Below are positions 28,672 through 39,301 of a stretch of 46,942 bases of DNA, piece by piece (within the stretch, counting starts at the first letter, position 1; each line of letters opens with the position of its first letter). The position numbers and the translations under genes are program-made. Source of the stretch: Acidobacteriota bacterium (GTDB taxonomy: Bacteria > Acidobacteriota > Blastocatellia > Chloracidobacteriales > JADJPF01); the NCBI GenBank assembly GCA_016213785.1, contig JACQZQ010000002.1:1-46942 (forward strand), written 5' to 3'. Under the pieces are notes generated by a model. The model did not search any database, was not told the DNA's origin, and saw only the letters and a program-made list of their open reading frames with translations.

Positions 28672-28818
28672 AATTTTTCCTCTAGAATCCTAGACTTTTG
28701 GATTATTAGAATTATGTTTTATAAAAAGATTATTTGCTAGATAAAAAGATGCTAGATAAAATATAAACAAAATCAAAAAGTGAAAAAGCCTTAAAAACTT
28801 AAGCTAAAATTTATTATT

Positions 28819-30363
28819 GTGAGGCAAACATTGAAAAACGATTATTTAGAACAAGTACAAGCAAAACAACGACAAGTAGAGCAAGATTTACGTAGAAATG
28901 TTGTAGTAGCTCCTTTAGATAATGTTGCTCCTCAACCAGCACAAGCCGCTATTAGAATGTCGCGTTCAAGAAGCGATTTACCTAGCATTCAAAATAACTC
29001 TGCTGCTGTAAATGTAAAAATTACTGGCTTTTGGCGATGGAAAACTGTTGTTATTCCTCCTAATGCTTATGTTGTTCATACTCGTAGAGGTTATAGCGAA
29101 CCTCTTCATTTAGGTATGGGCGTTTCTTTTAGCTTTAATCCTTATTTAGATTCATTTATTGTGGTTCCTTCTACTATGCAAACTATCTTGATTAACGCCG
29201 ACTGTATTTGTAAGGAATTACAAGGCTTACTTGTTCAAGGCTATGTTCAATGGATTATAGAGGATTTTAGTACTGCTTATAAAAAATTAGATTTTAGTGA
29301 TCCTACTGACCCTATGAGAATGGTCAATGTTCAGCTTAGAGAACAAGCCGAAGCTGCAATTAAAGATAAAGTTGCTACAATGAGTATTGATGAAGTTCTT
29401 TCTGATAAACAGCCTATTATAGAAGAATTAACTACTCGCTTAAGACAGGTTGCTGAAGGTGGCGGAAATGCTAATAAAGGACTTGGTTTAAGCATTGTTA
29501 CTGTGCAAATAAAAGAAGCTGTGGTTAGTTCAGCAAATCTTTGGGAAAACCTACAAAAACCATTTCGTGCAGAACGCCAACAACGTGCACGTTTAGCAGA
29601 ACTTGATGCTCAATCTGTTATCCAAGCCCGTGAACTTGAACAAGAAACTGCACGCACCACTAGCCAAATAGAAAATGATAGCCAACTTGCTCAACTAAGG
29701 TCAGAAAAAGATGCCCAAGTTTTTGATAGAGAACAAATAGAAAAAGTCCGCCGCCAACAAAAAGAACAAGAAGTGACGCGTCAGATAATAATTGAGCAAA
29801 ATATTACTTCTAAACAAGAACAAGAGGCAAAACGCCAATTAGAAGAGCTTAACTTAAAAAACACACTTCTTATAGAAACTGCTCGAATGCAGGCTAAACA
29901 CGAAGAATTCTTAAAGGAAAACGAACTACGTATAGCTCAGCTATCTAAAGAAATAGAGTCTGCTAACTCAATTGCTGAGCTAGATAAAGTCCGCTTAGAA
30001 AAAGAATCTGAGCTAACAATATTAAAAGCTAGTAGAGAAGCCGCACAAAAAGAAATTGTTACTAAAGCAGAACTAGCGCTTCAAGAGTTAATGAGGGTTG
30101 CTAATAATCGTCAAACCCAGGTAGAAATAGAGTTTGAGACTGCTCGCCAAAAAATACTTAACAATATGTCTTCAAACCATTTAGGCGCACAATTAATAGA
30201 AACTCTACCCTCTATTGTTGAAAAACTGCCCAAACCAAAAGAATTACGTACAGTTTCTATAGGCACAAACTCACAACCTATTGAAACACTTGCTACACTG
30301 ATTGCTCAAATACTTGAAGTAATGAATACTTTTAAGGTTGCTGGTAAAGAAAAAAATGAGTAA
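28819..30363 (+). CDS. flotillin-like SPFH/band-7 domain protein with long coiled-coil tail
   Basis: SPFH-like core ('VVIPPNAYVVHTRRGYSEPL...IVTVQIKEAVVSS') followed by ~250 aa of E/Q/R-rich coiled coil. The start is GTG at 28819. Confidence 0.7.
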   Translation: MRQTLKNDYLEQVQAKQRQVEQDLRRNVVVAPLDNVAPQPAQAAIRMSRSRSDLPSIQNNSAAVNVKITGFWRWKTVVIPPNAYVVHTRRGYSEPLHLGMGVSFSFNPYLDSFIVVPSTMQTILINADCICKELQGLLVQGYVQWIIEDFSTAYKKLDFSDPTDPMRMVNVQLREQAEAAIKDKVATMSIDEVLSDKQPIIEELTTRLRQVAEGGGNANKGLGLSIVTVQIKEAVVSSANLWENLQKPFRAERQQRARLAELDAQSVIQARELEQETARTTSQIENDSQLAQLRSEKDAQVFDREQIEKVRRQQKEQEVTRQIIIEQNITSKQEQEAKRQLEELNLKNTLLIETARMQAKHEEFLKENELRIAQLSKEIESANSIAELDKVRLEKESELTILKASREAAQKEIVTKAELALQELMRVANNRQTQVEIEFETARQKILNNMSSNHLGAQLIETLPSIVEKLPKPKELRTVSIGTNSQPIETLATLIAQILEVMNTFKVAGKEKNE

Positions 30364-30546
30364 TCATAAAATAAACCTCTATATATAGTTTAATAATAAA
30401 TCATAGCTACTATATATAGAGGCTATTGCTTGGTAGATTTTATTCTTTAAGCGTGTTATGATTTGCGGTTTTAGCAGGCTAACTTAGGCTATTAGGCTTT
30501 GCTTAAACAGCAATTAATTTCATTTTTAAAAGTCACAGAATTTGTT

Positions 30547-33500
30547 ATGTCTAAAATAAAACCTCAGTATTGTCACTTACACTTACACACAGACTATAGT
30601 TTACTTGATGGAGCTATTCAACATAGCCCTTTAGCTAAAAGGCTTACAGAGTTAGAGATGCCTGCTGTAGCTATAACCGACCATGGAAATTTATTTGGTG
30701 CAATTTCTTTTTATAATACGATGAAATCTAGCAATATTAAGCCGATTATTGGTATGGAGGCTTATATTGCTCGTAAATCTCGTCATGATAAAACTACTGC
30801 CGATGCTCCTGGTTTAGGACATGATGGTGAAAAAGGAATTAATCATTTAATACTATTAGCAAAGGATTTAACAGGCTATCAGAATTTAGTAAAGCTCTCA
30901 TCCTTAGCTTATACTGAAGGCTATTATTATAAACCACGAATTGATAGAGAGCTTTTATCTATTCATAGTGAAGGATTAATAGCCCTTTCAGCTTGTTTAA
31001 GTGGTGTTCCTCAAGCTTACTTACTACAAGGAAAATTTGATGAAGCTGCTAAAGCCTCTTTAGAATTTCAAGATATAATGGGTAAGGGTAATTACTACTT
31101 AGAGATTCAGGATCAAGGCATAGACTTACAACATAAAATAAATGGCCCGCTTGTTGAATTATCCAAAAAAGTTGAAATCCCGCTAGTTGCTACTAATGAT
31201 TGCCACTTTTTAACAGCAGATGACCATGAAGCACATGATGCGCTTATTTGTCTTCAAACAGGGCGTTTTGTTAAAGAAGATAAACGAATGCGTTATAGCC
31301 CTATGCATTATGTGCGTAGCGCAGAAGAAATGTGGGGAGTTTTTGGTGCTGAACTCCCTGATGTATTAAAAAGAACTATGGAAGTTGCTGATAAATGTAA
31401 CCTTGAACTTCCAAAAGGTAAAAACTATCTACCAATCTATCCTGTCCCTGATGGCTACACTATTGATACTTATTTTGAAAAAGTTGTTTGGGATGGCTAT
31501 CAAGATAGGTTAAAATTACTTAAGGTAATTGCGTCTCAAGGTAAGCTTAAATATAGCCTAGAACGTTATGAGCAAAGGCTTAAGCTAGAAATCGAAACTG
31601 TTAAGAAAATGGGTTTTCCAGGTTATTTTTTAATAGTTTGGGATTTTATTAAATTTGCTAAGCAACAAGGCATCCCTGTAGGGCCTGGTCGGGGTTCTGC
31701 TGCTGGTAGTTTAGTTGCTTATTGTCTATCAATTACAGACGTTGACCCAATGGAATATGAGCTAATGTTTGAGCGTTTTCTTAACCCTGAACGGGTTTCA
31801 ATGCCAGATATTGATATTGATTTTTGCGTTCGTGGCCGTTCAGCAGTAATTAAATATGTTAGTGAATTTTACGGCAGCCAAAATGTATCTCAAATTATTA
31901 CATTTGGTACTATGGCTTCAAAGGCTGCTATTAAAGACATTGGGCGAGTTTTAGAAATGCCTTATGCTGAGGTAGAAAAAATCGCTAAAATGATTCCTCC
32001 CCCTGTTCGTGGTCGCAATGTTTCAATTGATGATGCAATAAAACAAGTCCCTGATTTAAAAAAAGCCATAGATACTAATGAGCAAGTGGCTAAATTAATA
32101 GATTTAGCCAAACGTATAGAAGGTTGTGCTCGGCATGCTTCTCTACATGCAGCAGGCGTAGTTATTTCACCACAGCCAATTTATGAGCTTGTACCTGTTT
32201 ACCGCTCAAATAAAGATGAAATTGCTACACAATATGAAATGAATGACCTAGAAAAAACAGGTATGCTTAAGATGGATTTTCTAGGGTTAACTACTCTTAC
32301 AATTATTTCTGATTGCTTGCGCTCAATTGAAAGAGAGTATGATGAAAAAATAGACTTAAATCTAATCCCGCTAGATGATGAAAAGGCCTTAAAACTCTTT
32401 GCTGATGGGGCAACAGATGCTATTTTCCAATTTGAATCTGAAGGAATGAAAGACCTTTGTAGGCGTATGAAACCTGATGGACTAGAAGACCTTGCAGCCT
32501 TAAATGCTCTTTACCGTCCAGGCCCAATTGATAGCGGAATGGTGGATGATTACATTGAACGCCGTCATGGTCGTAAACAAGTGCGCTTTGATATTAATTC
32601 CTTAAAAGAAGTAATGGGAAATACTTATGGCGTTCCAGTTTATCAAGAACAAATTATGGCTATTTTCCAAGTTCTTGCTGGCTATAGTCTAGGTGAAGCC
32701 GACCTTGTACGCCGAGCAATGGGTAAAAAGAAACGCGAAGAACTAGATGCACACCGAGACAAATTTTTTAGCCAGGCAATTGAACGCGGACATAATAAAG
32801 AAAAACTAGAAAAACTTTGGAATAGTCTAGAAGGCTTCGCAGATTATGCGTTTAACCGTAGCCATTCTATGGCATATGGTTTTCTAGCCTATCATACTGC
32901 ATATCTTAAGGCTCATTATCCTGCAAATTTCTGGGCTGCTGTGCTTTCTAATGAGCTTGGTGATATAGATAAGGTTGCTCGCTATATTGATAAAGCTAAG
33001 CAAATGGGAATGAACATCTTGCCTCCTGATATTAATGTAAGTTTAGATAGTTTTACTCCTCAAGGCGATACTATACGTTTTGGGCTTGCTGCAATTAAAG
33101 GAATTGGTCAGGCTACAGTAACAGAAATTATTGCTGCTAGAGAAAAGGGCGGCCCATTTAAATCAGTTTATGATTTGGCTGAACGTGTTGAAAATAAAGC
33201 ACTTAATAAACGTGTATTTGAAAATTTAGTAAAATCTGGTGCTTTTGATAGTGTAAATAAGTTTGCTGATGTTGCTTTATGGCGGGCTAAGCTTTTTGCT
33301 GCTATTGATTCAGCCTTAGAAAGCGGTGCAAGACTCCAGCGCGACCGCAACAGTGGACAAGAATCTTTATTTGGAATGCTTGCAACAGAAACTACTTCTG
33401 AACCTGTTGAAATGGAACTTCCTGATGTAGAAGCTTGGTCAAGAATAAAAATGCTTGCAGCAGAAAAAGAAACTCTAGGGTTTTATATTACTGGTCATCC

Positions 33501-34083
33501 ACTGGAACAGTATCAAAGCTTAATGCAAGAATTTTCTATTATGAATTTAGATGAGCTAAATAATTCTATTTCTGGGAGTATTGTAAAGGTAGCAGGTATT
33601 ATTAACTCAATTAATATTAGAGCTACTAAAAAGGGGGATAAATTTGCTATTTGTCAAATAGAAGACCAGTTTGGAACAGTAAGATTAACTATTTGGCCTG
33701 AGGTCTATCAAAAGACTGCAAGCAAATTAAAAGAGGAAGAAACCATAGTAGCAACAGGTGTACTTGAAATAGATACCGAAGGAGTTAAGTCAATAGTTAC
33801 TCAAGACCTACAACCACTTGATGGAATTAGTGAACGAAGCGCAAAGAAGATTATTTTAAGAATAAAAAGCGCTTTAATGACAAATGAGAAGATAGAAAAA
33901 CTCTATCACTTGCTTGACGATAATAGAGGGGATTGTGAAATCATATTTGAAATTGAACTACCAGGACATATTATTGTTCAAATTAAACCACATAGCTATG
34001 TTATGGTTAAATCAAATAAAGAGTTGTTTAATGAAATTAAACAACTCTTTGGTGATTGTCAGATTCAGATAAAAAATAAGTAG
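30547..34083 (+). CDS. dnaE: DNA polymerase III alpha subunit
   Basis: PHP domain N-terminus 'HLHLHTDYSLLDGA', a polymerase core ('GPGRGSAAGSLVAYCLSITDVDP', 'PDIDIDF') and an OB-fold C-terminus. The listed start 30499 is TTG; the ATG at 30547 begins 'MSKIKPQYCHLHLHTDYS'. Confidence 0.95.
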   Translation: MSKIKPQYCHLHLHTDYSLLDGAIQHSPLAKRLTELEMPAVAITDHGNLFGAISFYNTMKSSNIKPIIGMEAYIARKSRHDKTTADAPGLGHDGEKGINHLILLAKDLTGYQNLVKLSSLAYTEGYYYKPRIDRELLSIHSEGLIALSACLSGVPQAYLLQGKFDEAAKASLEFQDIMGKGNYYLEIQDQGIDLQHKINGPLVELSKKVEIPLVATNDCHFLTADDHEAHDALICLQTGRFVKEDKRMRYSPMHYVRSAEEMWGVFGAELPDVLKRTMEVADKCNLELPKGKNYLPIYPVPDGYTIDTYFEKVVWDGYQDRLKLLKVIASQGKLKYSLERYEQRLKLEIETVKKMGFPGYFLIVWDFIKFAKQQGIPVGPGRGSAAGSLVAYCLSITDVDPMEYELMFERFLNPERVSMPDIDIDFCVRGRSAVIKYVSEFYGSQNVSQIITFGTMASKAAIKDIGRVLEMPYAEVEKIAKMIPPPVRGRNVSIDDAIKQVPDLKKAIDTNEQVAKLIDLAKRIEGCARHASLHAAGVVISPQPIYELVPVYRSNKDEIATQYEMNDLEKTGMLKMDFLGLTTLTIISDCLRSIEREYDEKIDLNLIPLDDEKALKLFADGATDAIFQFESEGMKDLCRRMKPDGLEDLAALNALYRPGPIDSGMVDDYIERRHGRKQVRFDINSLKEVMGNTYGVPVYQEQIMAIFQVLAGYSLGEADLVRRAMGKKKREELDAHRDKFFSQAIERGHNKEKLEKLWNSLEGFADYAFNRSHSMAYGFLAYHTAYLKAHYPANFWAAVLSNELGDIDKVARYIDKAKQMGMNILPPDINVSLDSFTPQGDTIRFGLAAIKGIGQATVTEIIAAREKGGPFKSVYDLAERVENKALNKRVFENLVKSGAFDSVNKFADVALWRAKLFAAIDSALESGARLQRDRNSGQESLFGMLATETTSEPVEMELPDVEAWSRIKMLAAEKETLGFYITGHPLEQYQSLMQEFSIMNLDELNNSISGSIVKVAGIINSINIRATKKGDKFAICQIEDQFGTVRLTIWPEVYQKTASKLKEEETIVATGVLEIDTEGVKSIVTQDLQPLDGISERSAKKIILRIKSALMTNEKIEKLYHLLDDNRGDCEIIFEIELPGHIIVQIKPHSYVMVKSNKELFNEIKQLFGDCQIQIKNK

Positions 34084-34150
34084 AAAATAAGTAGAAAGCG
34101 GTTTTATGGCTAATTTGGCTTTTGGTTATAGGAAATCGCAGGTAATAAAG

Positions 34151-35497
34151 ATGTCTAAAATATTAGTTGTAGATGATGAGCGAGGCATTCAACGTGCGCT
34201 CAAAGGAGTTTTAGAAGATGAAGGATATTTGGTAGAAACTGTTGCTACTGGGGAAGAATGCTTAAGGCTTTTAGAAGGTGAATCTTTTAGCTGTATTTTG
34301 CTAGATGTTTGGCTACCTGGAATAGATGGGATAGAAACTTTTAAGCAAATTAAAGCTAGTTATCCTGATATAGTAGTGTTAATGATTTCTGGACATGGGA
34401 CTATAGAGACTGCTGTAAGAGCTACTAAATTAGGAGCATTTGATTTTATTGAAAAGCCCTTGCAACTTGAAAAAACTGTCCAAAGTGTTCGTCATGCTCT
34501 TCAACAAAGACAATTAGAGCTTGATAGTCAACAACTACGTGTTAATGAATTAATTAATGAGTGCAAAATAATTGGAGATAGCGCTCCGATGCGTGCCTTG
34601 CGTCAGCAAATTAGTGTTGCTGCTCCTACTAATGGACGAGTTTTAATTTATGGTGAGTCTGGAACAGGGAAAGAATTAGTTGCACGTGCTTTACATGCTC
34701 AATCTTTAAGAAATCAAAACTCTTTTATTGCAATGAATTGTGCTGCTGTACCAGAGGAATTAATTGAATCAGAGCTTTTTGGACACCATAAAGGGGCTTT
34801 TACAGGTGCTTATCAAAATAAACGGGGAAAGTTTGAGTTAGCTGATACAGGGACACTTTTCTTAGATGAAGTTGCTGATATGAGCTTAAAAATGCAAGCT
34901 AAAGTTTTACGTGTTTTAGAAGAGCAGAGCTTTGAACCTGTAGGTAGTTCTAACTCTATTACAGTAGATGTAAGAATAATTGCTGCTACTAATAAATTAC
35001 TTGATGAAGAAATAGAGAAAGGGAATTTTCGTAGAGATTTATTTTATCGCTTAAATGTAATTCCTTTTCAAATCCCATCTTTACGCGAGCATATAGAAGA
35101 TATTCCACAACTAGTTGAGCATTTTAATCAACTACATTGCAAAAGAAACAAGTTACAAAATAAAAAATTTACTGATGAGGCTATTGATGTAATGCAAAGT
35201 TATGATTGGCCTGGTAATGTACGCGAGCTAAGTAGTGTAGTAGAACGAGTTGCAATTATGAATCAGAAAATAAAAATTGAGGCTGAAGATATACCTATAA
35301 ATAAAAGTGAACAAGTGTCAAATATTCATTACAATTATGATAGTTATCGTGAAGCAAATGAGGCTTATGAAAAAGAATTTATTTCTCGCAAATTAATAGA
35401 GTTTCAGGGTAATATTACACGTACTGCTGAAGCTATCGGGATAGATCGTAGTTACCTTTATAGGCGAATGAAAGCCCTAGGGATTTCAAGTAAGTAA
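34151..35497 (+). CDS. sigma-54-dependent response regulator (NtrC/AtoC family: receiver + AAA+ + Fis-type HTH)
   Basis: Receiver domain ('ILVVDDERGI...LDVWLPG') followed by a sigma54-interaction AAA+ domain ('GESGTGKE', 'ESELFGHHKGAFTGA', 'GNVREL') and a C-terminal HTH. The likely start is ATG 34151 ('MSKILVVDDE'). Confidence 0.9.
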   Translation: MSKILVVDDERGIQRALKGVLEDEGYLVETVATGEECLRLLEGESFSCILLDVWLPGIDGIETFKQIKASYPDIVVLMISGHGTIETAVRATKLGAFDFIEKPLQLEKTVQSVRHALQQRQLELDSQQLRVNELINECKIIGDSAPMRALRQQISVAAPTNGRVLIYGESGTGKELVARALHAQSLRNQNSFIAMNCAAVPEELIESELFGHHKGAFTGAYQNKRGKFELADTGTLFLDEVADMSLKMQAKVLRVLEEQSFEPVGSSNSITVDVRIIAATNKLLDEEIEKGNFRRDLFYRLNVIPFQIPSLREHIEDIPQLVEHFNQLHCKRNKLQNKKFTDEAIDVMQSYDWPGNVRELSSVVERVAIMNQKIKIEAEDIPINKSEQVSNIHYNYDSYREANEAYEKEFISRKLIEFQGNITRTAEAIGIDRSYLYRRMKALGISSK

Positions 35498-35652
35498 AAT
35501 ACTAGTTGAAAATTCTAAAATGTTTTTCTGCTCTAAGCTATTAAGCCCCAAGCGCCCAGCCATAAATGGCAACGCTATTATCAACCGCCCCTTTGGGGCT
35601 TAAGATTAAGAATCTACATATCAGATTATATATTGCATAGTATTAAGCTATT

Positions 35653-38163
35653 ATGAGTACTAAACTTTTTCCTAAAACTAAAGAAGAATTGTTGGCTGAG
35701 ATAGACTTACTACGCCAAGAAGTAGCCAACTTAAAGAAAAATCAAACAGAAACTCCTTCTAATCCTAGAACCTCTTTAGAATTATCAAGTAATTATTTTC
35801 GTGCTATTTTTGAGCAATCTCCTTTTAGTATCCAGATTTATGGGCTTAATGGTGAGTTGTTAGAGATGAATGAGGCATCGGAAAAACTTTGGGGAGTTAC
35901 TTATAAAGAGATTGGTTATTACAATGTGTTTGAGGATAACCAAGTTGAAGCTTTAGGAATTATGTCTCTTTTTAGAAGAGCTTTTAGTGGGGAGATGATT
36001 ACTTTACCGCCAATATTTTATGATCCTGCTAAAACCTTCCCTGGTTATAAAGGTAGATCTCGTTGGGTAGAAGCAAGAGTTTGTCCAATAAAAGACCCTG
36101 AAGGAAAAGTTGTTCAAATAGCTTTAGTTCATAATGATATTACAGAAAAAAAGCTAGCCGAAGATGCACTTCAATTTGCTTATGGGGATCTGGAAAATAG
36201 TGTAATTAAACGGACTAAAGAACTTTCTCAAGCAAATATTCAGTTAAAACAACAACTAGAAGAGCTTAAAGTAGCAGCAGAAGAAAGGGAAATACTCCAA
36301 CTAATTTTAGAAAATATTCCTTTAATGATTAATTATTATGATGAGAATAGAAATTTTTTATTAGTTAATAGGGAGTGGGAAAAAACTTTTGGATGGACAT
36401 TTGAAAGACTAAAAAGAGAAGGTACAGAAGAGTTTCTTAATTATATTTTTCCTGATGTTGAAGAGAGAGAAAATATATATGAAATGATGAAAAACCCATC
36501 CCCTAATTGGTATGATGTAAAAGTAAGAGTAGCCAATAACAAAATATTAGAAACCTCTTGGATTACACGTAAGCTTTCTAATGGAAAAACTATTTGTATT
36601 GGTCAAGATATAACTGATAGTAGAGACTCAGAAGTGGCACTGCAAAAAAGCGAAGCTACTCTACGTACCATAATAGAAAGCGCTACAGATGCGATTTTTA
36701 TAAAAGACTTACGAGGAAAATATCTTTTAATTAATTCTGCTGGGGCTAGGTTTTTAGGTAGAAAAGTAGAAGATGTAATAGGTAAAGATGATAGTGAGCT
36801 TTTTTCTTTAGATACTGCTGAAGAGATTATGGCTGGTGATAGACGAGTTATGATTTCAAATCAAACCCATAGCTATGAAGATATTGGTACAGCAGCAGGA
36901 TTTACACGTACTTATCTATCAATTAAAACCCCTTATCATGATAGTGATGGAAATGTAATAGGGTTAATAGGAATTTCAAGAGATATTACCGAGCGAAAAC
37001 GTGCTGAAGAAGCAATTGCTGCGGAAAAAGAGCTTTTAGCTGTTACTCTAGCTTCTATTAATGATGGTGTTATAACTGTTGATAAAGAAGGAAAAATAAT
37101 TTTAATTAACCAATCAGCAGAACAAATAATAGGTGTTAGTCAAGAAGAGGCTATTAATAAACCTGTTAGTAAAGTCTTAAAATTATTTAGCGAAACTAAT
37201 CGTAAAACTCGCCGAAATACTGTTAATAAAGCATTAAAAACTGGTAAACGTTTTGAACATACTACGGCTAGTATTTTAGTTACTAAAGATGGTCTAGAAA
37301 GGATTGTTGCTGAAAGCGCTTTACCAATTTTTGATACAGATAGTAAATTAGTAGGTGTAGTTTTAGTATTTAGAGATATTACAGAAAAACGTAAAATTGA
37401 AGAAAAATTAATGCACGAACAAGCAGCACGTGCCGTTAGTAAATTAGTTGAATTAGAATTAGAAAAATCTAATCTACAATTACAAGCTCTTTCTGCTTAT
37501 GTATTAAAAGCGCAGGAAGAGGAAAGAATACGTTTAGCTAGAGAATTACACGATGAATTAGGACAAGCATTGACTTCTATTCGTTTAGGTTTAGAATTAG
37601 CGTCGGCTTCACTTCCTGAAGCCCAAGTAGACAAAACTAGTAAAATACTTAGTGACTTATGTGACTATGTAGAAACTACTGCTAAAGATGTACAAAGGGT
37701 TGCTCGTGATCTGCGACCCTCTGTATTAGATGATTTTGGACTCTCAGCCGCACTAGAAGCTTATGCAGATGCCTATGCTAAGCGTACAGGTATTAGAGTT
37801 AATTTATTTTTAGATAAATTCTTAAAGCCATTAACTAAAGAAGTAGAAACAGCATTTTATAGAATTGTACAAGAAGCCCTAAATAACTCTGCTAAGCACT
37901 CAATAGCAAAAAATATTTCTATTGATTTAACTGAAAGAAATACACAGGTTGTTTTAACTATTGTTGATGATGGTAGAGGATGCATTTTAGATATTGACCA
38001 AAAAAATAGCTTTGGATTAATGGGAATGTCAGAAAGAGCTAGAATTGTTGGCGCGGAAATATCTATGAAATCTCAAGTGGGAAAAGGTTTTTGGATTCAG
38101 GTAACTTTGCCTAAGGGGAAAACCGGGAGCTATGAGAAAATTAAGAATATTATTGGCCGATGA
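35653..38163 (+). CDS. multi-PAS sensor histidine kinase (HisKA_3 / NarX-DegS type)
   Basis: Several PAS/PAC segments ('DITEKK', 'DITERKRAEE', 'DITEKRKIEE' boundaries). H-box 'LARELHDELGQALTSIRL' (HisKA_3) and an HATPase_c region ('VDDGRGC...GFGLMGMSERARIVGA'). 836 aa. Confidence 0.85.
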   Translation: MSTKLFPKTKEELLAEIDLLRQEVANLKKNQTETPSNPRTSLELSSNYFRAIFEQSPFSIQIYGLNGELLEMNEASEKLWGVTYKEIGYYNVFEDNQVEALGIMSLFRRAFSGEMITLPPIFYDPAKTFPGYKGRSRWVEARVCPIKDPEGKVVQIALVHNDITEKKLAEDALQFAYGDLENSVIKRTKELSQANIQLKQQLEELKVAAEEREILQLILENIPLMINYYDENRNFLLVNREWEKTFGWTFERLKREGTEEFLNYIFPDVEERENIYEMMKNPSPNWYDVKVRVANNKILETSWITRKLSNGKTICIGQDITDSRDSEVALQKSEATLRTIIESATDAIFIKDLRGKYLLINSAGARFLGRKVEDVIGKDDSELFSLDTAEEIMAGDRRVMISNQTHSYEDIGTAAGFTRTYLSIKTPYHDSDGNVIGLIGISRDITERKRAEEAIAAEKELLAVTLASINDGVITVDKEGKIILINQSAEQIIGVSQEEAINKPVSKVLKLFSETNRKTRRNTVNKALKTGKRFEHTTASILVTKDGLERIVAESALPIFDTDSKLVGVVLVFRDITEKRKIEEKLMHEQAARAVSKLVELELEKSNLQLQALSAYVLKAQEEERIRLARELHDELGQALTSIRLGLELASASLPEAQVDKTSKILSDLCDYVETTAKDVQRVARDLRPSVLDDFGLSAALEAYADAYAKRTGIRVNLFLDKFLKPLTKEVETAFYRIVQEALNNSAKHSIAKNISIDLTERNTQVVLTIVDDGRGCILDIDQKNSFGLMGMSERARIVGAEISMKSQVGKGFWIQVTLPKGKTGSYEKIKNIIGR

Positions 38164-38782
38164 TCATGCGTTAGTTCGTAGTGGAATCCGTGCTTTATTA
38201 GAGGCTCAACCTGATATAGAAGTAGTAGGCGAAGCCGATGATGGACGTGAAGCTATACGTCTTGCTAGAGATTTAATACCAGACATTGCTATTATCGATA
38301 TTGCTATGCCAGAGCTAAATGGAATTGATACATTAAGACAAATTTTTGATGCCTGCCCTAATATAAAAGTATTAGCTTGTTCTATGTATTCAGACTTACC
38401 TTATATTGTTCAATCTTTAAGACTTGGCGCTTGCGGTTATTTAATGAAAACTAGCGCAAAAGATGATCTAATTCGTGCAGTTCAAGCAGCAAAAGCAGGT
38501 AAATGTTTTCTTAGCCTTGATGCTACTACACAGCTAGTAGAAGGTTTTGTCCGCAAAGTAGACAATGAAGACATAAAAGACTCTTTAACCAGCCGAGAAA
38601 GAGAAATATTACAATTAATTGCTGAGGGTAAAACAAATAAAGAAATTGCCAATATTTTGAATTTAAGCCTTAAAACTATTGAAACTCACCGAACTAACTT
38701 AATGAGAAAACTTCAAGTTAAAGAAGTTACAGGGCTTGTACAATATGCTATTAGGAAAGGTCTTATTAGATTAACCAACTAA
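38132..38782 (+). CDS. NarL/FixJ-family (LuxR-type HTH) response regulator
   Basis: Receiver domain ('ILLADDHALVRSGIRALLE...DIAMPELNG') plus LuxR HTH ('LTSREREILQLIAEGKTNKEIANILNLSLKTIETHR'). It overlaps the kinase gene by 32 nt, consistent with translational coupling. Confidence 0.9.
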   Translation: MRKLRILLADDHALVRSGIRALLEAQPDIEVVGEADDGREAIRLARDLIPDIAIIDIAMPELNGIDTLRQIFDACPNIKVLACSMYSDLPYIVQSLRLGACGYLMKTSAKDDLIRAVQAAKAGKCFLSLDATTQLVEGFVRKVDNEDIKDSLTSREREILQLIAEGKTNKEIANILNLSLKTIETHRTNLMRKLQVKEVTGLVQYAIRKGLIRLTN

Positions 38783-38804
38783 AATATAAAATTTAGGAGT
38801 AAAA

Positions 38805-39284
38805 ATGTCTGTTACTAAAGAAGCATTTAAACAAACTATGAGTTGTTGGGCTAGTGGTATTACAGTTGTTACAATAAAACACGAAGATGGACTACTGGCA
38901 ATGACAGCTAGTTCCTTTACCTCGCTTTCTGCTGAACCGCCGCTTATTTTAGTAGCAGTAAATAAAAATGCTCGTATACATTCAAAAATCGCAGAGCAAA
39001 AGGCTTTTGGAGTAATGATCTTATCTAGTACTCAAGAGGAAATTTCTAATGGTGGTGCTGGTTTTCGCGGGCCAGAAGGAAGTTTTCTTCCTGGAATAAG
39101 CTTTCGCCAAGAAATCACTGGAGCACCTATTCTGGATGACTGTTTAGCTTGGATGGATTGCTCGCTTGATGCTTCTTATGAAGCAGGCGATCATACTATT
39201 TATGTAGGAAAACTAGAGGCTACAGGCTCTTTTCAGGGAGAACCCTTGCTTTGGTATTCTCGTGGATATAGAAAGTTAACTTAA
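38805..39284 (+). CDS. flavin reductase-like FMN-binding domain protein
   Basis: 159 aa flavin_reduct-type split-barrel sequence ('ASGITVVT...MTASSFTSLSAEPPLILVAVNK'). Confidence 0.65.
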   Translation: MSVTKEAFKQTMSCWASGITVVTIKHEDGLLAMTASSFTSLSAEPPLILVAVNKNARIHSKIAEQKAFGVMILSSTQEEISNGGAGFRGPEGSFLPGISFRQEITGAPILDDCLAWMDCSLDASYEAGDHTIYVGKLEATGSFQGEPLLWYSRGYRKLT

Positions 39285-39301
39285 AATTTTAATTTATTTT
39301 C

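Noticed and set aside
33168-33350. 60-aa minus-strand ORF
   Set aside because: Antisense inside dnaE.
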